Part shown: positions 14,735 to 29,082 of the stretch, piece after piece
Numbering within the stretch: the stretch's first letter is position 1
How the letters are laid out: each line of letters begins with the position of its first letter
Assembly (NCBI RefSeq): GCF_009914755.1
Contig: NC_060947.1
Length of the DNA stretch: 64,000 nt
From: the human T2T-CHM13v2.0 reference genome, Homo sapiens
Strand: one strand, 5' to 3'
Translations under genes and position numbers: made by a program
Notes under the pieces: generated by a model
Database searches by the model: none
Told to the model about the DNA's origin: nothing
What the model saw: the letters and a program-made list of their open reading frames with translations, nothing else

Positions 14735-14930
14735 AGGCCTTCAATCTGTTTCAGGTCATAGGCCCCTTTGAGAATTTGATGAAAGTTATCAAATTCTTCC
14801 CTTTGGGGGAGGAAAGTCCTCAAATGCCTTATTACTTTCCTCTCCAAAAGGGAAAATGTACATGCACACAACATTTTGCTATCAGTTTAGAGTAATTATA
14901 GAACATTGAATCCCTCCACAAATCACTACT
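14735..14930 (+). mobile_element. hAT-Charlie MITE (MER103C-like)
   Basis: ggtcataggcccctttgagaatttgatgaaagttat...aaaatgtacatgcacacaacattttgc. Confidence 0.6.
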
Positions 14931-15220
14931 GTGCAGAGAAATATTAGTATGTTTGAGACTACGAGAAAGAAATAACAGGGATACACCAGAAGGAAGTTCT
15001 GTTCTGAATACTATCTAGTTTTTCTTTCACTTAGAGAAAGTATATCTCAGTTATGATGACGTTAATGAAGCTTAAATGAATAATAAATACAGTTCAGCAT
15101 ATCTAACACTACATTCACAAAGGCTTTTTCATGAAGAAAAAAAGGTAATTATAGTTGGAGTTGCATTAGGAGGACCAAAGAGATATTTCACGAGTGAGTA
15201 GGCTGAGATCACATTTCTAA

Positions 15221-15614
<394 letters not shown>

Positions 15615-16624
15615 CTTTCCTTTTAAAGTATCAAATCACACTTTGCTTAATGACTTACTTTCTCGACATCATTACAGCCTCTCTGTTAACTCCAGAAGCA
15701 GTCTGCCAAGGAAGCCCTTTGCAAAGCAAATACTTCTCTAGCTCTCCCACTCTTGAGAAACACTAAGAAAGACTAGTCTGATTTACACTGATACTGACCT
15801 TTATGTATTCCAGCTCTATTTTTGACCACTAGCTTTTTGGGACCTCCAAGGTCCCTTGCCTCTTCCTAGAACCTGTTGTCTTAGTCTGTCTTCCTAGAAC
15901 CTGGCTTTCTTCCATATCTTTACAACCAGCTACTTTGTTTTGGGTTATTTGGAGACCACACATCTCCAGCAAGGTCTTCAAGCAGGATTCTGGAAGCAGC
16001 TCCAATTCAAAATTTAAAAATTATAATGTACTCTTAAGGCACAGTGTTCATATTTGAAGCAAATCTAGTCGCTTCAGATTTTCATTTCTATTTGAATTGC
16101 ATGTAAGAGGAGCGCTTCATCATTGCAAGATTCACTTATATGCTCCGCAGTGCTCACGCACTCCATGTGCAGATTAGAAGCCAGACTAATTCTTCTTTCC
16201 TCCCAAATTATTAAAACAGGTAATGCACTTTTATTAATGTTAGAATCAACTGAAATAATTCTGGAAAATTAATGCTCTAAGTGAATGCAATTTCAGAGCT
16301 CGGTGAGTACATTATAGGCTTATTATTCTTACTATGTATGGGATGTTAAATTTAGCAGTTTTGATTTTCATAGAAGACTAGGAATAATTTCTCTATCTTG
16401 TCTGCACGATAACCTGGTCGCTTGGTACTCTTCCTGAAATGAAGAGGTAGCACTGTACCTTGCAATGCCATAATCTTTTATGAGACATTCAGTTAAAATA
16501 TCACAGGGCAATATAAAAGGATTTTGGTTATTAGGTTTTCTAAGCCAAGCCAAGACATGTAGCATACATGCATCTCTTTTTCTGTCTTTCTCTCTCTTAC
16601 AAACACACACATACAAATATAAAT

Positions 16625-17830
16625 AATATACCGAAGTATATATTACACCAAGCATTGTACAAAGTTTGAGGTATATCTATGGTAAAAAGAGAACAGACAC
16701 TATCTTTCCTCATGGAGATTGTTTTCTAGCCGATGAAACCAACAGCACATGCAGAAGCACCGCCCTTCAGTAGGAGGCAAGATGCTCCTTGAGACATAAC
16801 AGGAAAGAAGATGAGATGCAGTAGGTTCATAATTTGGTAGCGGAAAGAAGATGGAATTTCCACGTAATATTTATTATTTTCCTTAAGAAAGCATGAGATG
16901 AGGTCATAATCTCGGAGTAAAGAGGAAGGATCCAAGCAAGGAGATTGAAAGAGGGAAGAGAAGGACTAAACTAGTTATTCGAGGACTTGAATAATATAGA
17001 GTTACTGAGCTTGCTGAGGGTCCGTTTAGGTTTGAGCTAAGGAAGTTAACGGGAACGAAACCTGCCCGGTTTTACAATCCTCTCCAGCAAAGTGGCTGGG
17101 ATGGAAAAGGTAAATGGTTGGTTTAAGTAGGTTAGAGGGTTTTCAAGGGAAATACAATGAAATGAGATGGAAGTCTTTTTTTACAAAGGACCAATGGGAT
17201 TAGGTTAGTCAGGATGAAAGTGATAAAAAGGGAAATGGTAGATAAAGAACAATCAATCTATCAATAGAAACAATGGACTGGAGGTAATAATTGTTGTAGT
17301 TTAAGTTTTAGAGCAAAATATCTGGATGGCAAGAAGGCTACGGTTAGGAAGTAGAATATTTGAACTTTTGATTTTGGAGTTAGTGCAGATTTTGAGGCCC
17401 TGGTTCAAGCTGGTGTGGAGGGGTGGAATAGGTCAGTGGTAATGAGTATGGGTCAAATAATTCAGAGTGAGTTTTTAGCCACTTGGATGTTGAAATTGCC
17501 AAAATAATAACAGTGACTGGGGCGTGAAAGAAGAATGGGAACTAGGTGATAAAATTCTTCAGTGAACGAAAAGAATGACCAAGAACTTTAAAGGAGTAGC
17601 AATAAGAAAGTAGAAAAGGCCAGATGGTCCGCCCCTCAAAGAATAAAGAATTTTATGGGTTTTTTTTAAAAAAAATACAGAACAGTAAGAGTATCAAGGT
17701 CTGGAACTGCAAATGGAGAGAAAGGGGAGATATCTGTCCTGAAATGTTAGAGAAAGACAGTACAGCTTTGTTTTAGAGGATGATAGGATCCACAACCTTT
17801 GAGGACAGCCAAGTTTCAGTAAAGGTAAAC
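16625..17830 (-). mobile_element. Highly decayed L2 LINE (3' end plus ORF2-derived purine-rich sequence)
   Basis: accaagcattgtacaaag...tcctcatggagattgttttctag (L2 3', reverse strand); ggatgttgaaattgccaaaataataacagtg...aggtgataaaattcttcagtgaa typical of reverse-strand L2 ORF2; probably several pieces. Confidence 0.5.
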
Positions 17831-17874
17831 AGGTAATCAGCCTAAAGAGGTTGTTTTAGTTGTGCCAAATAGTT

Positions 17875-17905
17875 ATGTGTGTGAGTGAGTGTGTGTGTGT
17901 GTGTG
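17875..17905. repeat. (TG)n microsatellite, imperfect
   Basis: tgtgtgtgagtgagtgtgtgtgtgtgtgtg. Confidence 0.9.
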
Positions 17906-18235
17906 CACACGCGTTCACACGCATATGTGCATAAATATACATGGACTTTCATCATGGCTAAAGAATTTATCATGGCTAAATTCTTTTGGATTTCAAAAAT
18001 TTGGTAGATAACAATAGTATTTCCCAATGGATTATTTTATTTCTTAAATACATTTGCATAAGTTTCAACCAACTGTCATCAGGCATACTTGTAGAATGAA
18101 ACCATGCATTTTAATCCTTTAGGGTCTTATACTAAATGGCAAAGCCAATCATGCCCTGGGTCCTATAAAACACTTCTTAAATTTGTGCTTATCTGTCTCC
18201 TAAGTGGAGGACTTTGCATCTTCACTGATATAGAC

Positions 18236-18460
18236 CAGTGGTTTTCAAACTGAGCAATAAGGATTTTTAGGGATATTTGTGCATTGGGAACTATTCTGGA
18301 AGATTATTGAGGTGAAGTGGGACATCAAACAAGTTGGTGTCTGGACCTGTCCCACTTGTTTTTAACCAGAACAGCTCTGTATTTCTTTTGTATATCGAGT
18401 TTTCACATTGTGTTCTAAGAAAGTTTTACTCTGTTTTAAAAAATAAGCTTGGAAATTTTA
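18236..18460. mobile_element. hAT-Charlie MITE (MER-type)
   Basis: Starts cagtggttttcaaactg; contains aaccagaacagctctg; ends aaaaataagcttggaaattttag, a decayed aagtttgaaaaccactg. Confidence 0.5.
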
Positions 18461-18539
18461 GACTGGAATGATGAATCTCAGAAGATGCTACTAATCTGTG
18501 TAGAGAGTGAGCTATATATAGCCTTTATTCTTTTACTTG

Positions 18540-18660
18540 GAGTTGTCATACTTCATAACTTATCAGTGTAATTTCTTCATTCATAAACCTGGTGATAATA
18601 ATGCTTGCCCAAGGTTGTTGAGAGGTCTAATGAGATAATATATGGAAAAGTGCTTTGTTT
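18540..18660 (+). mobile_element. MIR SINE fragment
   Basis: atttcttcattcataaacctggtgataataatgcttgcccaaggttgttgagaggtctaatgagataatatatggaaaagtgcttt. Confidence 0.7.
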
Positions 18661-19637
18661 GACATAAATTTCACGGCTTCTAATCATTGACTAATAAGTC
18701 AGTGATCACTTAGAGGCCTGGACATACTGAGGGCCAATGATGAACCACACCACCAGTCCATCCTTTGAATCTGTCCTTATTTGTAGAATACAAGACAGAA
18801 ATAATTCCGAAATCAAATTTCTCCAAAAGCCATCTTTTCAATAATGTTTTAATGCTGTGTCTTTGGGCTTTGTCAAATATCTGCATATGAAAAAGTAAAG
18901 TGAAGGACACTGTGTACCTTTCTAAACCCATTACTGGAAACATGATCTATTATGTTGTTCAGTATTCCTTGTAGAAAAAAACATATTATAGTTCTTTCAG
19001 TACCAGGAAAAAGGTTTATCCCTTATGAAGAAAGTGTAGGTTTCTGTTGACCTGATTATATATTCTAGTGTGTTTTGCTTTTTGCTTTAACTGCCTGAAA
19101 ATTCAGAACAAAATCTAATGCTCTGTCATGGTATCCAGCGTCTTCCTACTCTAAACCTCTCTCTTACTTTATCTGAATGTCTCTCTCTTTCTCAGACTCT
19201 CTCCACACACATAAACACAGACGATTACAATATCTATTTCTAGCACCCTCATAACAAATGGATCACTTATTTTCCATCTTCCCCCATTATTCCTTTATTT
19301 TTAAAGGTTGAATTAATTTACATATTAAATTAATTTGACCTATTACATCATTTTTATAGAAAGATAACTCTGACCCCTTTTCTCTCTATATATACATATT
19401 TTTATCAAGATACAGTTGTTGAGCTATTTAATTTTTCCATCAACTTACTTGTTCAGAAGTATATTCATTGAGACACAATGGAATGTGTAAATGTGCATAT
19501 AAATGTGTGTATATGTATATGTATATGTGTATGTATATATGTGTGTGTAAAACAGAGATGTGTAAGGCCTCAATGAATTCACAGTGTATTTTGTTATGAT
19601 ATAGAAATAATATATAACCATACTATATGCTTTCTAA

Positions 19638-19840
19638 CAAGCATCAGCAAACTATAATCTAAGGAGATTTTTCTATAAGTAAAATTGTATTAGAAAACAG
19701 TCATATCCATTTTTTACATATTGTTTATGATTGCTCTGGCAATACAACAACAAAGTTGAGTAGTTGTGACACAGAAATCATGGCCCTCAAAGCCTCAGTT
19801 ATTTACTCTCTGGCTCTTTATAGAATGTTGCTGGGCCCTG
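19638..19840 (+). mobile_element. MER58A hAT-Charlie MITE
   Basis: cagcaaactat...gttgagtagttgtgacacaga...aaagcctcagttatttactctctggctctttatagaatgttgctgggccctg. Confidence 0.85.
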
Positions 19841-20127
19841 ATCTATAGGCGTTTGTTAGTGTATATATACTTTCATACTTGGAGCAGTGGAAAAACTGTT
19901 AGTAACCTGATTAGATAATAACTGCCAGGTTTTAGTCTTTATCTTGTATGTGCAAGATTGATTAAGATGTTTTTTACTGAGCAGATAATGTGGTGTTGGT
20001 AGTGGGGGGTGCTGTGTCTAGCTCCCTTAGGGCTGGATTGGAAAGGGCAGTGATTGAGGGGTAGATGGCAGTGGCTCTGTGTGAAGTACAAAAGATTGCC
20101 TCGAGATAGCTGGTACAAACAAATAAC

Positions 20128-20385
20128 AATAAGAGTAGTTATTATTTTTGAGCACTTACCATGTGTTAGATGTTGTCCTAAAGAATATCCAAACATGAGT
20201 TAATTCAATCCTCAGAACTGTCATATGACACATCTAACATAATAGTATCTACATTTTGGAGATGAGGAAATGGAAGCTCAAGGAGATGCTGTACCTTGCC
20301 AATGGTCATGTAGCTAGTTAGTGGTGGAAATAAGATTCAAATCAAAATATCTCATGACTTCAAAACTCAAGCTCTCACCTGAGTT
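20128..20385 (-). mobile_element. MIR SINE (near full length)
   Basis: atttttgagcacttaccatgtg...cattttggagatgaggaaatggaagctca...cttgccaatggtcatgtagctagttagtgg...gattcaaatc. Confidence 0.85.
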
Positions 20386-20469
20386 ATACAGTGTGTCTGC
20401 TTTGGGGCCTTGCTCAGACCCTCTGAATAGTGCCTATCACATTATTATAATTCTCATACTCATTCATTC

Positions 20470-20560
20470 CCTGTATCTGTGAGCACCTAGAGGCAGGGAC
20501 TCCTTAATATTCATCTTGGTATATCTAGTACCTAGCACAGGGTCTCTCAATAAAATGGCT
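20470..20560 (+). mobile_element. L2 3' terminus
   Basis: ctgtgagcacctagaggcagggac...tctagtacctagcacagggtctctcaataaa. Confidence 0.7.
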
Positions 20561-22688
20561 TATGGGTATGTAATTGAGGAAGTTTTTCTGGAGGAATACT
20601 GCCTGGACCTGCCTTAAGGAGGGGTAAGAGTCACCTCCCTACCCCTATCACCAGGCAAAGGAAGGACAGGAGTGGCCCAAGAAAATTCAGAGGGAAAGCT
20701 TTCCACATTTTGGAATACTCAAAAATTTTTAAGATACAAAAATGTCTGCCCATAAATCGTGCAGTTGGAAGCTATTCCCTGTATTAGCATAATGTTATTT
20801 ATTCTTATGTCCACAACTCTTCTGCTGATTAAATAGAATTCCAGAAGATGAAAATAAATTGTCATAATAATGAATATTTTTGTCAGCTCGATATTGGAAT
20901 TATAAACTATTCCCAATTGTCTTTTCCTTCACAGTAATTTTCATATGCAACCAGAATACAGTTGCCCGGTCAATGATATTGTTATACAATGAAAACCTTC
21001 AGTTTAGAAACTTATTTCTAAATGTCACTATTCATAAGATTATATTTTGAATATGAATTTCAGTATTTTCTCAGGTACTGGCAAGAAATATATATTTTTC
21101 AAAATAAATTCACAAATTTGCATAAAAAGATTAAGGAATATATAAACCAATATGTCAAATCTTTTCAACTGATTCTACAAGTGATATATATCTGGTCCAA
21201 TAAAACCTTATTTTTTACTAAAAGAAATTTAAACCATATTTGACCCACCCATTTCAGGGATGGCACACTTATTTGATATGGTTCCTAGGAACTGTGAATT
21301 GCTTCTGAAGTCACGGTTGCACAATAAGTATCAGTATCTTTTCTCCAGGAGCTCATTGCAAATTAGCAATTAAAAGAAAATGAAAGCATAAATAAATATT
21401 ATGAAATAGGCAGACATTATGGAGGGAAAGGGTAAATCTTCTAGTCACATCTACAAAAATTAAAAGGTTTTTTTCTCGAATCTATCTCTTCCAGAAGAAT
21501 AGGATCTAAATATTCTAGGTTTTGCTAATGCTTACTTATGCCTCCAAAAACATTCTTGAAATATATGTTCTAATAAGGAATATTAAATAAAATGGTCATT
21601 AAATATTTGAAGTATACTTTTATAAAAAATAATATTCTTGGCTTTTTCTTAAGTGGTAAGGAAATGTCTCATAATAGAATATTCTGAATTGCAAGCGATT
21701 TTACATTGTCAAATACTTTTAATATGCTCTAAAAATAGACATTAAACTTATTATGCTATAAAATGTAAGTACCACCAAGAAAAATTAAGCATGTTTGCAA
21801 GCATTAAAAAATCCATTGTCTACAATTTGCATAGTTAATAAAGATACCTCACAGCCTATTTTTGTTTTAAGCAACATGAAACATTTTGTGCAATGTTTCC
21901 ATTCGCATATTCTGGCTACAGTCACCACATCTAATCTTGAAAATGATTATTTTAATGTAACAAACCAATCCAGTACTCTCATTTTGCAGTGGTTGTGGCT
22001 TTTTACAAATAGCCTTAATAAAAAGAAGTCACCTGAAGAGTGACTCATCTAGGCACGCACTGCAGAGGACACAGCATGTAATGGCTGAAACAAAGCTAAA
22101 TTGGGTACAGTGGCTTCTGATTAGACATGAAAAAAAGGCTGAAGTTAGATCCAGCTGCACATATTTCATTAGGAAAAGCAAACACAAACATGGGGAATGA
22201 CTTTTTTTTCTTTTATAATTAATACATTTTAAATAAATTTGAACAAAGTAAAACAAATACAACATTGTTTGAGTGAGAAAGAGATTTTCTGTGGTAGCAT
22301 GCGGCACTTGAGGCAGGTGGCTTCATGCGTGACCGTAGGTTTTGAATCAAATGAAAAGTACCTAGTCACCTATTGCTGAAAAATGATGCTGTGGGAACTG
22401 AGGGATAATGCAGACCACAAATTTATCTCCCTCAATAAAATTCTCAGATTCTTTATATCAATATATATTTTAGTCTGGACTATCATTTACCACTCTCACT
22501 CCATTCCTCAACGGAAACAAAAGGAAAATCCACATCATGCCTTGTGATGATCTCCTCTTATTAATATGTATTAGTGGTACCAGCTAATGCCCCAGTTATA
22601 CAATCTCGGACTTGCATCACCTTAGATTTCTCCTTTCCCTTATATCATTTGAATAATTAAAACCTATCACTTTTTCTTAAAATCATTT

Positions 22689-22920
22689 AGGCAGTAGAGA
22701 TTAGTGTTTAAGTTAATGGGTTTTGGAGGCAGGCATGCATCATTTGAATCCAAGTTGAACCTCCTAGGAACAGTGTGACCTTAGGTAGATTCTTCAACCT
22801 CAGCTTGCTCTTCTACGGAATTAACAATACTCAATGGCACAGAGTTGTAGCAAAGGTTAAATAAAATACTGCTTGCCTAATAGTGAGGGGCCTGAAGCAA
22901 AGAATGCATTCAGTGATGCA
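22689..22920 (+). mobile_element. MIR SINE
   Basis: tttggaggcaggc...tttgaatcc...gtgtgaccttaggtag...cagagttgtagcaaaggttaaat. Confidence 0.7.
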
Positions 22921-22972
22921 CATACTGAAGATATACCTACTCCTTTTCTCCCAACTGCTCCTAGGTTCTATA

Positions 22973-22973
<1 letters not shown>

Positions 22974-23019
<46 letters not shown>
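22974..23019. repeat. (CA)~23 perfect microsatellite
   Basis: Read directly; likely a polymorphic STR. Confidence 0.97.
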
Positions 23020-23023
<4 letters not shown>

Positions 23024-23064
23024 TACACTCTTGGATAGTCTTCTGTATCACACATACTACTTTT

Positions 23065-23521
23065 TGTACTGGGTTGAGTAGTGACCCCTAAAAATCCACA
23101 CCCACCTGAAATCTGTGAATACGACCTTATTTGGAAATAGAGTCTTTGCAGATGTAATTAGTTAAGATGGGGTTATACTAGATTAGGGTGGGCTTTAAAT
23201 CCAATGACTGGAGTTCTTAAAAGAAGAGGGAGTGAATGTAGAGACACAGACACAGAGAGCAGAATGCCACATGAAGATGGAGGTAGAGACTGGAGTGATG
23301 CTTCTGCAAGCCAAAGGATGCTAAGAATTGCTGGCCACCATCAGAAGCTAGGAGAGATAAATGGAACACATCTTTCCCTAGAGCCTTCAGAAAGAGCACA
23401 GCCTTGCTGAAACGCTGATATCAGACTCCTAGCCTCTAGAACTGTGAAAAAATCAATTTCTGTTGTTTTAAACAACCCAGTTTGTGGTATTTTATTACAG
23501 CAGACTTAGGAAACTAATACA
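23065..23521 (+). mobile_element. MaLR solo LTR, MLT1B/MLT1C
   Basis: tgtactgggttgagtagtgacccc...gaccttatttggaaatagagtctttgcagatgtaatt...aggaaactaataca; TSD ctttt/ctctt. Confidence 0.92.
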
Positions 23522-23819
23522 CTCTTTACTCAGTTAATCAGTGTAATTTAATTTCCCCTTCATCTCTACCCCTGTCCCAATTTTCTTTATCTGATTAAAA
23601 TGTAACATCCCCAAAAAAAGAGAAGAGAAAAAGAAATAGATGGGATACTGACAAAGGTGCCTCTCATCCTGGCAGTGTGTAGCAATTACAAGTGAAACAC
23701 TGAAGGATGGGGTAGACAGGAAAGCTCTGGTAGTGGTGCATGCTGGGAACACAGCCTCTCTTTAACACACTCTGCATTCCCAGCTTTCACCACTATGGGA
23801 AATGATGCAAAATAAAATA

Positions 23820-25180
<1,361 letters not shown>

Positions 25181-25409
25181 TAATTCCACTTCATTCCATT
25201 GAAGTCAGACTAGGCTAGTCTATTTTAATCTAGACACCTGGAGTTAGATTGAGTTTTGCCTTATACTGTCTTTCTGAGGAGACCAAATAGCCAATGATCC
25301 AAGGTAACTGAATTCGCTATTGGGAAAATAAAGACTTGAATAGATAAGTACTCTTCGAAATCTGTCATGCTTTAGAACACATAGAGAGTGATAATACTGT
25401 ACCATATTC

Positions 25410-26062
25410 TGGTACACTGTGAGGCCGTTTTTCCAAAGTAGCTGCACCATTTTACATCCTTTCCAGTGATGTATGATGGTTCCGATTTCCCCATATTCTC
25501 ACCAACTCTTGCTAGAATATGACTTTGTAATTACAGTCATTCTAGCGGGTGTGAAGTGGTATCCATTGTGATTTTGATTTACATTTTCCTAATGACTCAT
25601 GATGTTGAGCATCCTTTCACGTACTTATGACCACTTACATATCCTGTTTGGATAAATGTCCATTTAATTATTTGCCCATTTTAAAATTAGATTCTAAGAA
25701 TTCTTTATTCTGGATAAAATCCCCTTATCAGATATATGATTTGCAAATATTTTCTTCCATCCTGTGGGTTGTCTTTTCACTTGCATGATGGTATAATTTG
25801 CAACAAAAAAGTTTTGTATTAATTTTGAGGTTGTGCAATTTATCTATTTTTTTGGTATTTGTGTTTTTGGTGTCATATCTAGGAAATCATTGGCTGAACC
25901 AAGAAAACAATTTTTTTAGAGTTTTATAGTATTAGCTCTTATATTTAGGTCTATGATTCATTTTGAGTTCAGTTTTGTGTATGACATGAGTTAAGGGTCC
26001 AACTTCATTGTTTTGCATATGGATATCAGCACCATTTGTTGAAAAGATTATTCTTCTCCATT
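25410..26062 (-). mobile_element. L1M (L1MB-like) ORF2 3' fragment
   Basis: ttccaaagtagctgcaccattttacat...gatgttgagcatc...cagatatatgatttgcaaatatttt...cagcaccatttgttgaaaaga. Confidence 0.88.
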
Positions 26063-26479
26063 TTATTTTTTGATTGTGGTTAATACATTTGAAAGAATGT
26101 CATATGTAAATTTATGGATGAGTATTAAAGAACAGGGCTATAAGATTATTGGGAACAAAATTCCTGTTTATTAGGAACAAAAATTAAAATACTGCTCCAG
26201 TGAGTTTCAATTTTAGGCAACTTAATCAAATTTAACATAATACAAATAGAATATGAATTATTAGAATAAGAATTGAAACTGTCTCAACACTATGAAAAAG
26301 AAATAAATTATTTAACCTTACGATTCCATAAAATTATTGTTTTAACAAAGGATTATAATGAAATATTAACAAATTATAACACACTGCAAAAGAAAATGCT
26401 AATGAATTTTAGAAGTGCCTTGCATAGAGTTAAAGAGATTAAAGGTATTTTTAATTTTTTTTATTGTGAAATAATAGCT

Positions 26480-27365
26480 ACTTAAAAAACCTTCCTACAA
26501 GGAAACTTCAGGCCTAGGGAGCTTCATTAGGAGAAGGGAATGTCACTCATAGAATTTTCCACTTTCATCGCCTTTCACATAAGGTCGGGTCTCAGGCACT
26601 GTGTTAAGCATCCAGAACTCAGATAAAAAGCCACCGTTTACTGGGTTAATAAACCACAGGTCAGAATTTAGGGTAACCACAGCAAATGGAAGGTAAAAAT
26701 TAAAATCTTGACAAAGAGAGCCATAGAGGGGAAGATCCAAATGCTGCATGTATAATCTCAGCACAAATTTCTGACTGACTCCTGAATTATGTGTACTACA
26801 CATGTGCAGGACAGACTCCAAACAGCCTGGCTAAAGCTAAAAGGAGTGACAGAGATTTCAGTTACTGCCTATCACAAGAAACACAGTTTGGAATTTGAGT
26901 TCAACCAAGTTCACTGCCCACTTAAAGCAAAAAAGAAATCAACACTCTTCAGGGGAACATGACAGAATTCACAGTCTATAAGTGGTATCACTAATAATGT
27001 TGAGATGCAATTCAAAATTACTAGATATATGAAGATACCGTAGTTCTTAAAACTGTTCAATAAAGTGAGTGAACATATTCTCATGATAGACAAAAGAGAA
27101 TTTCAACAAATAAATGACAATTTAAAAAAACAAATAGAAATTCTAGAACTGAAACATAATAACTGAGCTAAAAATCACGTAATAGAAGATGGGAGATAAT
27201 ATAAAAAGAGTCAGTAAATTCAGAGATACATCAATAGAGAATAGCTAATACCATTGGTTAGTTGTAGAATAATGTAACAAATTTAATTATGTGAATGTGG
27301 AGTCCTAGATGGAGAATAGAAAGAATAGTACAGAAAAAAAATCTAAAAAAACTTCAAGAAATATC
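26480..27365 (+). mobile_element. Old L1M 5' region/ORF1 remnant (L1MD/ME-type), preceded by a short ORF2 piece
   Basis: aatttgagttcaaccaagt...aaatcaacactcttcagggg...tcaaaattactagatatatgaaga, and ORF1-like ggagtcctagatggagaatagaaagaat. Confidence 0.6.
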
Positions 27366-27376
27366 TGACCCTACCT

Positions 27377-28705
27377 CATCCTTTTCAAAATTGTTGTAGC
27401 TATTCCTTTGCCTTTTCATATAAAGTTTAGAATTCTCTTGTTTATATACACAAAAATGTTGAACTTTTCACAGAAATTGAATTAAACCTGTTTAACACTT
27501 TGGGAAGCAATGGCACTGTTACTATGCTGAATTTCCCAATCTATCAACATGGTATATCCTCCATTTACTTAGATGTTTTTTTTTATTTCTTTCATCAGAG
27601 TTGTGTAGCTTTCAGCATGCAATTCCTACATATTTATTGTTAAATGTATACATAGGTATTTCATTTTTGAATGAACATAAATGATATTTTGTTTTAAATT
27701 TTAGTTTCTACATGTTCATTGCTAGTCTATAGTAACACAACTGATTTTGGTTTACTGATCTTGTATTCTGTGACCTTGCTGAAGTAACTTTTTAATTATA
27801 ATAGTTTTCATATAAATTCCTTGGGGATTTCGTATATAGACAATCAGGCCATCTGCAAACAGGGACAGTTTTACTTTTTTACCCAAACTTGATGCCTTTA
27901 AATTTCCCATTTCTTGTCTCATTTTGCTCTCTAGGATTTCTAGATTTCTAGAATTTTCTAGGAATTCTAGTCCTAGAGAACAAAATGACATTATGTTGAA
28001 TAAAATTGGTGAGACAGGACATCCTTTCTTCGTTTCCAAGGGGAAAACATTTAGTATTTCACCATTAAGTGTGATATTAGCTTCAGGTTTCTAGTAAAAT
28101 TTCTTTATCAATTTGACGAAGTTCCTAGTTGGGTGAGTTTTTTATATCATAAATGGGTATGGGATTTTGTCAAAGTATTGCTCTGTATCAATTAACATAA
28201 TTATGTGATTTTCTTTAGCTTGTTAATATGTGGGTTACCTTGATTGATTTCTGAATATTGAACAAGCCTTGCATTTCTGAAATAAACCCCACTTTGTCAT
28301 GGTGTATAATTTTAAATGTACTGCTGGATTGGATTTGCTAATATTTTGTTGAGGAATTTTGGATCTATGGTCCTTAGGGATGCTGGTTTTTGTTTTTTGT
28401 TTCTATTTTTTTTATTGTCCTGTCTTGTTTTGGCATCAAGGTGATATTGGCTTTATAAAATAAGATGGAGATTCTTCTCCTATTCTCTGGTAGAGATAGT
28501 GTTAAATTGGTGTAAATTCTTCTCCAAATGTTTGGTAGAATTATCCAGTAAAATTATCTGGACCTAAATATTTCAAATGACATTATATCAAGTTAAAAAG
28601 CTTCTGCACAGCAAAGGATACAATCTTTTCCAGGACTTTTTAAACTAAAAATTCATTTTCTTTAATAGTTATTGGACTATTCAAATTACTTCATCATAGG
28701 TGAGT
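27377..28705 (-). mobile_element. L1M ORF2 fragment (RT region), antisense
   Basis: Reverse translation gives [11 protein letters not shown] and [13 protein letters not shown] (ORF 27752-28039), decayed L1 RT motifs. Confidence 0.88.
28574..28625 (+). mobile_element. Short internal L1 (L1PB/L1MA-like) ORF2 fragment inserted in the opposite orientation
   Basis: caaatgacattatatcaagttaaaaagcttctgcacagcaaaggatacaatc corresponds to ORF2 [10 protein letters not shown] (compare 57305-57350 in this window). Confidence 0.8.
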
Positions 28706-29082
28706 TTTGTTTGGTATCTCTCTTAAGGATCAGAAATTTTACTATCTTTGATCTATTCGTATTTCTACATCTTTCCCTGTTAATTTGGGTAATTTATGCT
28801 TTCCTAGAAAATGGATCAGTACAATCCCATTGGCTCTCTGCTTCAGCTTTCTCTAAGTCTTCTTGTCTATGTGTGGTCATCTGTCTTAAGTTATAGATGT
28901 AGGGGTTTGTGTACACATATGTAAGTGTATATATGTGTGTGTATGTGTATTGATATTACATAAATACATATTCAGTGTTTAGGATTTTGAATGAATGGAA
29001 AGAAGGGTAGATGTGTTAGCCTTCTCTGCTATTTGATCAAATACTCTTTATGTTTGGCCTTAGTCTGTTTTCTTAGTGTCAC

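Noticed and set aside
16280-16310. Plus-strand donor-like CG|GTGAGT as an exon end
   Set aside because: No matching acceptor or ORF; isolated donor motifs are common
22041-22047. AP-1 sites TGA(C/G)TCA (also 274, 2367, 5680 and others)
   Set aside because: Several such 7-mers are expected by chance in 64 kb
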